The notes under the pieces: generated by a model | The model's database searches: none | What the model was told of the DNA's origin: nothing | Seen by the model: the letters and a program-made list of their open reading frames with translations, nothing else | From: Chrysomallon squamiferum | Lineage: Eukaryota > Animalia > Mollusca | Length of the DNA stretch: 64,000 nucleotides | Direction: 5' to 3' | Assembly (NCBI GenBank): GCA_012295275.1 | Contig: CM022669.1 | Location: 12,586,001-12,650,000 of the forward strand | Part shown: in pieces, positions 52,976-64,000 of the stretch | Layout of the letters: each line of letters opens with the position of its first letter | Position numbering within the stretch: position 1 is the stretch's first letter | Program-made: the position numbers and the translations under genes

Positions 52976-53146
52976 ATGTATGTATATATTATGTATGTCA
53001 CTGTTTTTTTTCAACAAGCTTTTGTTGAATATATGTGGTGGTGAGTCATCTTTGTTATTGTTATTGTTGTTTTTGTTATTATTATTCCAAAGATCTACAA
53101 CATAAATACAAAATAGCAATGTCAGCAGCAACAGCAACAACAATAA

Positions 53147-53183
<37 letters not shown>

Positions 53184-53282
53184 AATAATAATAATAGTAG
53201 TAGTAGTAATGATAGTAATAGTAATAATAATAAAGATGAATATTTATTGATTAAATATTTTTATTAATGCTGTGTATTTCAG

Positions 53283-53382
53283 GCTGGCCATTTGGAACTT
53301 TCATGTGTAAAGCGACGCCATATTTGCAGGGAGTGTCTGTTAGTGCGTCTGTCAATACCCTGGCCGCTGTTGCTATGGACAG
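53283..53382 (+). pseudogene. Internal exon (ECL1-TM3) of a SIFamide/NPFF-receptor-like gene fragment
   Basis: TTTCAG acceptor, 100-nt exon encoding (G)[32 protein letters not shown](R), GTAAT donor; splices in frame to 53706 to complete DRY. Not in the ORF track. Confidence 0.9.
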
Positions 53383-53656
53383 GTAATAATTAATTGAAAG
53401 TATTTCATTAAAACTTATGATAAAACGACATAAAAATAACAACAATAATGATAATAACGATGATAATAGTTTTAGTAATAATAATAATTATTATATTGAA
53501 AACAAGAAGAAGAACAATAACACAACTTAATAATTATTATTATTTCTTCTTTCTTTTTTTTACATAAATTATATATCGTTGTTCAGACCTATTTTATATA
53601 AAAACTTTCCAAGTGTTCCCAAATTCCATGATATTTATTATTATTATTATTTTTAT

Positions 53657-53687
<31 letters not shown>

Positions 53688-53705
53688 ATTATTATTATTT
53701 TCCAG

Positions 53706-54430
53706 GTACTTGGCTATTTGCCGATCGCCAGAAAGAAGGGTGACCATTAAGAACTCAAAAATAGCGATTGCCATCACTTGGCTGATTGCGTTGGCCATTC
53801 CTGTTCCATGGGCTGTTTATTACTCGGAATTCGAGCGAAAGACGCCGCTGCAGACTGTGAAAATGTATCACCAATTATGGCCAAACTTCGAGTCTCAGAA
53901 AGCCTACTTTGTTACCGCCATTTTCTTCGGCTGCTACATCTTGCCGCTGTTTATTGTTCTCGTCTGCAACATATTCATCGGTCTACGCGTGTGGAATGGG
54001 CACGCTCCGGGGGTTGCTAAGGACAACTGCCTCATTAGAAAGTCGAAAATCAAAGTCGTGAAAATGCTTGCCGTCATGGTGGCGCTGTTCGCGTTGTCTT
54101 GGTTACCGCTGCAGGTGATCTACTTAACACTTCATTTTGATCCGCCTTATGATCCAAAGCAACAGAAGTTGATTTTCGAAATTGCAACCCCGGTGTCGCA
54201 GTGGTTAGGACTGTCTAACAGCAGCATACATCCAATTATTTATTGTTTCTTCAGCAAAAACTTTAGATGCGGCTTCGCTTCCATGCTGCATTGCGTGACT
54301 CGACGCAGAGAGAAAGGCACATGTCAGCGGGTTATTCCAGCACAACAAAATATATGACGATCGAATACGCCAACGGCCACGTGACCATAACTTTCAAGAA
54401 AGATAACCGAGAAGAAAGTTCTTCAACAAT
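53706..54430 (+). pseudogene. Terminal exon (TM4-TM7 and tail) of a SIFamide/NPFF-receptor-like gene fragment
   Basis: KSKIKVVKMLAVMVALFALSWLPL and SQWLGLSNSSIHPIIY resemble SIFamide receptor motifs; ECL2 Cys changed to Tyr and an extra AG near 54310 frameshifts the tail relative to the 38.6-kb copy; no TM1-TM2 exon seen upstream. Confidence 0.85.
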
Positions 54431-54702
54431 AAAACATGACGGTCACGTGACCGTAATTTTCAAGAACGATAATCAAGGAAAGGCTCTCCAACTCTAATGT
54501 GAAAACAACACTTAGACCCAGTGGTGTGACAGAAGCTGGAGGTTTTGACTTTGACAAGTGTGCTAAAAATGACCCTGAACTATTTGTCAAAGATGACGGT
54601 TTCAACAACGAATAGCGCACATGAAACGTTATCTGATGGAAGCACGCAAAAACTGGCTCATATCCACATCAAAGCTGACAGAGAAGACAATCAAAATTGT
54701 TG

Positions 54703-54740
<38 letters not shown>

Positions 54741-55767
54741 ATACCAATTTAACTCCTTACAATTCTGAACCTTTTAATTAATGACTTTTAAACCCTCTTT
54801 TGTGAGAAAACGTAATCAATCTTTTTCATGATATTTGTTTTATTATTATTATAATCTATGTGTAATATTCCCTGTTTCTAATTTTTGATTTAGGAGAGAC
54901 TGCCTTTATGTTTTGCGAATCTCCAAAGAATTCTTGCTACAAATCAACAAGATCAGTTAATAAGTTAATATTAAAAAGGGTTGAAGTGTCAGCTGATTTT
55001 ATTCGTTTTATTTATGCTAAGAAATTCGTCGTTGACTGTATCTCAGAAAAAAAACAAAGAAGGATCATTTCACTTCAGATCACCCACTGGATGAAACCCC
55101 ACCCCAACCCAACCCCACAGATTACCAAAATTGAAATTGACATATCTCTGAAACTTACTCCGCCCATCGGTTCAACATACAGCTGTCCATTTATTTACAC
55201 TTAATAAACAAATAATACAAATACATTCTATTCGACATTTTAGTTTATACATTATATTTCTGGTCGATCTAGGAATGTTTTTTCAGTATCAATGAGTGGT
55301 CGTGATTTGAAGAAATGACTCGTGGAAGCAGACATTAAACAACAAGAACAAAAATAACAACATCAGATGGAGAACTTGTCTGATATTTCCATTTTCCACT
55401 GATTTTGCATATATATTTGGTCCAAAATTTATGATAACATTTGTAACAATAACAGCAATAGCCGCAGCAACAAGAACGGATAGAAAACCTGTTTGATAAC
55501 TGAGTTTCTCCATTTTCATTAAGGACGACTGAAGAACATTTCTTAAACTTGAAACCTGAGAGTAATTTCGATATAAATTTGGTTTGCCTTAGCAAAAACA
55601 ACAACAACAACGGAAACCGCTGCACAGTTACCGCCGCCGACGATAGAAACAGAACAGTTTCAGTTTAGATTTTCAGTTATTCTTCGTTCCTTACTATTAC
55701 TGAATTTAATACTGCATATAGTGGCTAATAATTATAAATAAAACTATTTATATTCTACACTGGAAAT

Positions 55768-56753
55768 ATGACTGAGTTATCCGTTCATGCTGACACTAGG
55801 ACTGGTGGGTAACTCTTTAGTACTCATTGTTTTGTCATGGTCTTCATCAATGCGCGAAACGACAATGTCGCTGTATTTGAGATGTCTGGCTGTCTTCGAC
55901 AGTCTCGTTCTCTGTACTGGCTTGTTAAGACTTTGGTTAAAATACCTAGTTAACTACGACATCAGAACATACAGTACGACTGCATGCAGGCTGCATGTCT
56001 GGGGACCTGTTCGACGGTTTACATGTCAGCGTGGTTGTTGGTGTCGGTGACGTTGGAAAGATGTTTGTCTGTGTGGTTTCCACAAAGAATAAGAATGGTA
56101 TATACTACACGTGTACCTGTTATAATTGTATACTTAATTTCAGTAATGGCCGTTTTGCTAGGACATTGTATTTTTGGATATGGCGATAATGAAGAAACCG
56201 AAGGAAATAAGACACGTATTTCTCACTGTGAAGCTATTACAGATGAATATTACAAATTTGATGTTAAAATTTGGTTGTGGGTTGATGTTTGTGTCTATAG
56301 TGTCTTTCCTTCCTTTATTCTTATAGTATGTAACATTTTGATCATATATAAAATTGTTTTGGTAATCGACAGATTTTGCAGAATGACACATCCAATGGAA
56401 ACAACATTCAGAACAGATCTGCATCAGTTCGACGAAATCAGTCCTCATCCATCATATTCATGTTACTTTTCGTAAGTTCGACGTCCGTAATTTGTGCAAC
56501 TAATTTTTGTGTTTCTATCATAAATTATAATATTTTTGTTTACCAAATTTGATAATGTTCACGACAAGGCAGTACAGGAATTGAGATTATTCCTGGAGAA
56601 CATTTTAATGTACACATACAACTGTGACTATTTTGTGTTATACTGCAGTACTGGACAACGATTTCGACAAGAAAGGAGGACTTTTATTCTGGTCGTGAGC
56701 GGAGGCAGTCTGATATCTACAATGTGCCGGTGACCCAGAGACACACTGTATAA
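55768..56753 (+). pseudogene. Subtype-A GPCR pseudogene (plus-strand copy, multiple frameshifts)
   Basis: 50-bp N-terminal deletion; frame breaks near 56005, 56360 and 56690; ORFs 55787, 55984 and 56536 are successive fragments. Confidence 0.92.
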
Positions 56754-57542
56754 TCTAAGCCTTGAGTTAATTGTGGGTTGTTTGTTTTAACTATTATTTA
56801 TAACCACATTACGAATACTGAAAATGTGCCCTCGAGAAAAGGAAAACCACGTTAGAGGGTCAATTTTGTTATAGAACTAATTGATATTGATATTTTCAGA
56901 ATTTTCTATTTATTCTAATTTATTGCATATTGACATATGCCTCTTGGTAGCATTCAACATATTCAAGTTTTAGCTTTTAGACAGACCAAAATGTTTTCTT
57001 TTAATAATAGTCGAGATAACAGATTTTATGGAACACACTAAATATAGAATTTATCAAGGATTATTTAGGACATAATAGCTGCTACATATTATTGTTCAAT
57101 TAACAATGATCAACATGACTCTCTCCTCTCTCTCATTTTCTTTAGATGTTTATTTATTTATTTATATATATATAGCTTGAAAAATAAGTGCTCGTCATTG
57201 ATACTTACATTACTTGAGTCAGCAATACTTTCCTAATGAGACCTTTACAGTGCAATCTCTACGTATGTGTCTCTAATGGAAAATAACTTACATTTTTAAA
57301 ATTCTTTACAGCAATGTGCTTTTCTGACACAAGTAACAACACAGAAATGGAGAATAATAAAATATTTTCATAACAACATTATATTTCTCTCCGATATATA
57401 CATATATATGTAAATTTTATATTTTTCCTGACAATTAATTTTACGACTTTCCTCAGATTGTCGGGCGCAGTTTTTTCTGATATATATGATAAAGAGATGA
57501 AACAGGTATCGCTAAAAAGTTCATTTCAGAATGTTTCCAATG

Positions 57543-57591
<49 letters not shown>

Positions 57592-58795
57592 TAATAATCA
57601 TAATAACTAAAAGAAAAAATTGAATCTTCAGTTAGAAATTCGATGTCACAAACATAATTAAAGTGTAAATGGGGAAATGTAAAGAAATAGTCTTAATATC
57701 CAGGTTACGTACTGTTATTTGTTTTTCTGTGCAGTCTTAATGAATAACAATGAGTAGAGTCAAAACAATATTTAGGCGCTACTATTCTGGTATAACCGAT
57801 TACGTCATCTCGTACAAGTCGGATCTAAAGTTCCTGAAGACATCTCGAAAGTTCCTGATGAAACACTTTGACAAACTAGCGAAATCTAACTTTTTGACAA
57901 TACGATTCACTCTGTGTATAAGTTGAAAATGTAACTTTTTATTATCTACAAATCAGTGTAAACCAGACATGCTGTTTCACATATTAAACTTTATATATAG
58001 GTATCTAAGTGTTAAGATCAGACTGATACGCATATGTTCATTGTGATATAGAAATACTCGACTTTCAAGGGTTATTGTTTATCATCTGTGGATTTTTTGT
58101 ATTCTCCTTTAATTAGTAAACTTATGTTCTAGACCTTGTTGAAACTTTATTATTAATATATACATATTTTCGAAGCAAATATCAGAATAGGCTGAAATAT
58201 AGATAATTCTAGAGATGAAGAAGATGATTATTAATATCATTTCTAGAAGACGACATTCGGTTTACGTACAAGTATTAAAATATTAGCTCACATTTGTTGA
58301 TATACTCAAATGGAAAAAGAGTGTTAATAATGAAATGTACATATTCTTATTGTTGTCTACTGCATCAGCGTTTGTTTATTTAAACTAATCGAAATCGTGT
58401 ATACAGTCTTTGATGAAGAAGTACGTGATGTTTGTTTTAAAATCTTAGCTGACACTTGTTGATATACCCAAAGACTGTTAATAATGAAATGTACATAATT
58501 TTATTTTTAACTATTGTGTCAGTGTTTGTTTATTTATACTAATCGAAGTCTTGAATACAGTTTGATGTAGAAAACTGTGATGTTTGTTTTCAATACATGT
58601 TTTAGTCGTAAAAAAGCTAACGTAACTATTTAATCAGTTTTAATATGTTCCAAAGAAAATTTAAAAGAAAAAATCAAATGAAAGTAATGATGATAATAGT
58701 TATAAAATATTGGATAATGAATTGCATGGAAGATGAATATTTAAAGTTTTAATAACTATTTCTTCGGACTAAATATAAATTTTGACTTACATCAG

Positions 58796-58829
<34 letters not shown>

Positions 58830-59816
58830 AATTCAAAGGAAACCAATATTCCTAATTAAAATTATTAATTTGTGAGTGAAAACAGTTTAGTCCAAAAAAT
58901 AAAATTCTTAACAGAGACCAAAAGACAAGGACTTGTATTTTTTCTGTCTTGAACAGAAGGCACTAATGTAAAAGATTAAAACTCTTGAAGAGTGTCATTT
59001 TTCCATTTACTATACTTTTTTCCTTTTAATTGATTTCGAACTTCTAACAATCAGAGACTCAAGGTCATAATTACTAGAATCTGGAGTTAAAGAAACATTT
59101 TTGTCTTTTCTGTTAACTCGTCAACTAATGTCGGTTGTTTAGATACAAAAAATAAAATAAAATAAAATAAAAAATATAAAATTATTTATCATGAAACCGG
59201 TGTGAGAAAAAAATGTCGGTGTCCAGGTCTAAGGACCCCAAAAAGCCGAAATTTAACAGCATGTTTGCAGGAGAAACAAAAATGTGATTTCTTGTTTCTG
59301 TATTCAGTGAAATGAGAATGTCACTGAAATTTTACTGTCGATAAAAAATCTTACGCTTTTTATTATTTTTTGAAAGTAGTTTATTAGCGTTAATGTGTTT
59401 ATAAGAGTATGGAATTAATTATGATGCTTATATACAAAATACATAACTATGTTCCAACTATATTCAAATGTCAGAGGAGTTTTTTTGATGTCATCACTTA
59501 GTTTGTTTCGATTGCTGCCATGCGTTATAAATTAAAATAAAAAAATACTAAAAATAACAACAACAAAAAAATAACAATAATAATAATAATTTTAAATTTG
59601 TTATTTTATTATTATTTTTTATACTCTGCTAGAAGCCCGAGACCCTTTTATATTATGAATATGTTGGCTATAGACAGAACAGCCCACTTAACAAATCCAT
59701 CACTCTTTATTGCAGTAGCAATAAGAAAAAAAACAATAACAAAAAAATAAATAAAAAATAAATCGACAAAACGACCATTAAGATAATAACTGCAAAATAA
59801 ATAAACCCAACTATAA

Positions 59817-60370
59817 CACGTTGTCACGGTGTCAACATCGTTACTTTAACGGAGATGTACATCTACCAAAATGGTGAGAGAGGCTCACTAATGTATGAAT
59901 GTGTGTGTGTGTGTGTGTGTGTGCACCAGCGGCATTGATGACAGCAATACATCGTCGTCTCATGCTTCTAATGAGAACATTAATCTATCTTATCTTGGAG
60001 TAGATAATCGTGGTCTACAAGAACGTGCTCGATCTCGCACTTCCCCTGTTTTATGTTCGCGTTGTCGTAGTCGTGATATGGTATAATCACGAACACTAAC
60101 GTACAGAGCGACGTTGTGTACACTTTGGCCAGCGTTAAGCCGTCCCATTGCTTCATGACGTTAATTTTCCATTAAACCTGGACGGTGACCTATTGTAACA
60201 GGATAAATTCTTCCTTTTGTTTTTTTTAGATGATGTTGGTTCAGTGCATCTAAATGTGATTTCAATGCATCCGAATTGCACGCGCTTCTGCGACATCACG
60301 AGCACACCGCGTTTGCACATACATAACGGCGTGCTATATGACAAATTGTGTTGTTTTCATTCCCCAAAGG
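59817..60370 (-). mobile_element. Longest copy of the old Tc1 relic, including the N-terminal HTH region
   Basis: Minus strand from about 60180 reads PGLMEN*RHEAMGRLNAGQSVHNVALYVSVRDYTISRLRQREHKTGEVRDRARSCRPRLSTPR*DRL. Confidence 0.8.
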
Positions 60371-61859
60371 GAGGGAGCATATGCAACTAATATATTACCA
60401 AGTAACATCACTTTATTTTACAAAAACTTGCTAAACTTATATGGTTACTAAATCATGTATGAAACAGTTTTTCTTGTTAATGGGGCTGCTGTTGTTGTTT
60501 ACAAATGCATATCCAAAATTCTCTGTCCGTTTGAGATTTTGTTACCGTCTAATCTCAAATTAATATTTACAAATTACGATATTGTATTTTATAGGCTAAG
60601 AAACATTATAAATAGACGAGAAGAATAATGGGAAACTTAAATGTGGAATAGAAACTGTTTTTCTAATTTATTTGTTAAATGTAACCAACAGGACTGCTCT
60701 GTCTTGATCTAATGGGCGAAGTATTATTATATACACACAGTGATACTTTTTGTAACGTATTCTTAAATAAGAAAAATGTATGTATAAACGACATATAACA
60801 AAATAAAAGAGAATGTAAAGAAATACATTGGTTTTGTAAAGTATACAGGGTTAGGGTTTCTCCATCTTTTCATGGCGAGAGATCCGCAGCTTATAAATTA
60901 TTTTAACGCCTTTGGCTGGAGTTATAGCCTTAATCGACTCCTTCTGCTTCAGTATGGTACATATCGCTTAAAACTACTTCATTTTATCTGTCACTAAACA
61001 GTTTATTCAGCTGACGGTTACACGAAGAAAATATCTATTGCTTTTTAACTCTCTGTCTCTCTCTTTTATTAATAAAAAGTATATTTTGTTTATGTATGGG
61101 TGTCTGTGTGTGTGAGTTTATGAGTACATGTGTGACAATAACAAAAAATTGTAGCAGTAATAGTAGCAGTAGTAGTAGCAGTAGTAGTAGTAATAGTAGT
61201 AATAATAACGATGTTGATGAAGTACAATAAAAGTATTTTTGTTGTAGGATATAGAAATATACAGGCATAAAATACAGGCATATAGGCATATATTAGTGAT
61301 GCAATGGATGCATATTTACTTGAATCTCTTTCTCTCGACCTCTCTATATATACCACTAGATGGGCCTTGCAATTCTTCGAATATTAATTTATTCCAAATT
61401 GTCCTGAAGCTTCCGTTCGATTTTTGTGTATTCGAATTTCGAATAGTGTAATGTGCGCACAGGTGTAAAAGGAGGGCAAAACTACCGTTCACATTAATAA
61501 AGGGTAAAACAAAGTTTACAAAACAATTGACAGCAGTAACAATTAAGACAGCTAAGGCGATTCTTGTGGTCTCTGGTGTTTCGGAAGCTCTCTTAGAGAC
61601 CAGTCTAATGTTGTTTTGTTTCGGAATTTGCAGTCTATATTATGTTGTGCGTAATATAACTCTGATGGACGATACATTGATTTTAAGAAATAAAAAAGTA
61701 GTTTTATGTCACTTGGATATTGTTATATTACACAACTAAACCGCTTCAGCATTTTAATTCATATTCTAGTGAGAGATAAGGAAAAATACCCAAGACCCCC
61801 CAAAAAACATAAAAAGATTAAAAAAAAAAAAAAAAAGGAAAACGAACAAGAATAAGAAA

Positions 61860-63800
61860 ACAAGAACACCCCCGTCCCCTCGGCAAAATTCGTAGATGGG
61901 ATTAACTCTTCGTCGGCCTCGAACGAGGAGCGGATTCCTCCGGACACGCCAATGAATCCTTTGATAATAAACAACCTGTTCTCCTACAGTTCAGTAGGTG
62001 GAACCTAACCCTAGGCCAGACGAACCTTAGCTGTGTAGCTGTCTCCCGGGGATCCCGCCACTTACCTCATGGACACACCTTGCCCTCGCCCGAAAACAAC
62101 ACTTCTACATTCCGCATTCCTTCCAGGTACAATGTACTTCCCTTGTAAGACAAGGACACCGCATAAGTCCTGAACAACTCGTGATATCCCACTCTCACTG
62201 CTCCTCCCTCTGCAAGGACCAGTGATTACACTGCACTGTTCACCCTTTTTCTGGCCTTGTCTACCTGATTTGGATGTTTGGCTCCAAGCCAGTAGAGACG
62301 AGGCAGCATGTTCGACCGTATGATTCTCACATAGGGGACGAGTGCTCCGAGTGACAAGACCGAGCAAGTGCTCTTCTGTATCGTAACCTTGTTTTTCGTT
62401 TTTACCGTGTCATTCGATCCCACCTGTAAAATGACAGCTAAAGGCGTGGGCAGGTGTTTCAGTTTACCTGAAATAAAACTGTCTAGCTGCGATCACTGCA
62501 CCAGCTGTTACCATATGTTTTTACCTTGATACCTGCCTGCTGCAAACCTAGGTTGCCTCCACCTGGCCTTGCCTGTACCTGGATTCCTGCCCAGTGGACA
62601 ATGGAAGATCCAACCGTCCATTCTTCTGCAGTTGGAACATCTGACTTGCAACATATTGACTGAAAACGTCCCAATACCTTGTGACATTCATTTGACTCTG
62701 CCCTGTCCCCTAAAAGAAAATCGTCCACTGTAACACTGAATAAAAGTGGAAGACTTTTCAAATAAAGCACAACTGATTGATGTCCCCAGGGGTAAACGCT
62801 TGTCGAAGTCGTACAGATCATCCATTTTATATCCTAACAAACTGAAATCTCCTGGAAATACTGTTAGTAACCTGAATGCTGATTTTACATCAGATTTTCC
62901 TAACAGGGCTCCCCGACCTATCGTCTGCATTTTGTGTACTACATCATCCACATAATGTATAGAACAAAACACTTTGCTCGATATGATCATTTACCGAATC
63001 TGTATCTGAATAGAAAAGGATGGCGAAGAACTAGCAAATCTCCATAATTTTTTGGTACCAATCCCAGGGGAGATATTCTCAGGGTTTTAAATGGGTGATC
63101 TGTAAATGGTCCTGCCACCCTCCCTAACAATATCTCTTTACCTATTTTATTTCTAAGTGCTTTTTAAAATGTTTGCATCTGTTCCTACTGAAGATTCCTG
63201 ATACTGAGGTATAAAACCCTCAGTAAAACGTAATTCCTGTGCTGCTATTTTGTTGGGGTAGTGTTTTAGTTTTTCTGGCCAGAATAATGGTGTTTATCAG
63301 GGAATATCCCATTGCATTTAAGTCAGTTATAGCCCCTATGATCTACGCTGCAAAGAGGGACATCTTCCTCCATATTTTCCACATGCATCCATGTTTACTT
63401 TTGGCAAATGTATAATTTCTGCTATTAAACCCCCAACATGTCCTAACCCCATCCCCCTCACAGCTTGTCCCCTGGGTTGCATGAAGGGATTGGTTGAAAT
63501 GGCCACCAGAACCTTTCTGACCTACTTCAGCTTGTAAACTAACCCCTTTTCCTGACATGGACACTAACCAGAACTCATTGTCTATTACCCCTCATGAACG
63601 TTCCGGGTGTCTATCCTTTTTCTGATTCTGAATTGATCATCATATCCTGAACTGCTTCTGTCGGCTAAAACACTAATGTCCCTTAATTTTTTCAAGGGTT
63701 GTTGAGTGTCTTAGACTTTACGTTCCAATAACACTCTCGTGAAAATTATACATTTTAATGATGTATGTGTATTTCTCTATTTTACTAATCTTCAGATTTC
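61860..63800 (-). mobile_element. Internally deleted Ngaro/DIRS-type retrotransposon remnant (gag-like, RT, SGNH-like)
   Basis: Gag-like YDDQFR, GVIDNEFWL and CWGFN; RT GRVAGPF, ISPLGLVPK, GRGALLGKSDVKSAFRLL, LPLGTSISCALFE, VDDFL; then VGSSIVHWA...RPGGGNLGL, ILQVGSND and LPRLYW...KARKRVN. Many frameshifts; ends approximate. Confidence 0.8.
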
Positions 63801-64000
63801 TGTATTTTAATAAGTTGCTGGTATGTTTATATTCTATTAATGTTTTCTCTAGTTCACTAATAATTACAATATTTGTTACTGTATCTTAATAAGGTATGTA
63901 GTATCTCTATTAATCTTGCTCTGTCTTACTAATATTCGGATTACTATGTTGTCACGGTGACTAGTCAGTGGTATTACTACCTAAAATTTGGTTCGTCTTG

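Noticed and set aside
61345-61470. Possible hAT-like terminal region with TTCGAAT motifs
   Set aside because: No matching second end or target-site duplication found.

Overview
AT-rich, microsatellite-rich animal genomic DNA, probably a mollusc or other lophotrochozoan (inferred from the receptor family and repeat content). Most of the window is a tandem array of roughly 10-17 kb units built around intronless class A (rhodopsin-like) GPCR genes of the FMRFamide-receptor/GPR139-142-like type (ERC, CTTP and NFxxY motifs). A typical unit has an intact minus-strand 346-aa receptor (subtype A), a dead minus-strand subtype-B copy, and a divergently oriented plus-strand subtype-A copy that is disrupted. 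I count four intact genes, one gene cut by a 200-N gap and about twelve pseudogenes or remnants. Two units also carry a captured, intron-containing fragment of an unrelated SIFamide/NPFF-receptor-like gene. Mobile elements are a decayed Tc1 transposon with TIRs, an older Tc1 relic copied in several units, a MITE, and an internally deleted Ngaro/DIRS-type retrotransposon at the right end. The most interesting signal is patchwise, mosaic divergence of the receptors at predicted ligand-pocket segments while their non-coding flanks are nearly identical. Similarity statements are by-eye alignments, and pseudogene and repeat boundaries are approximate.
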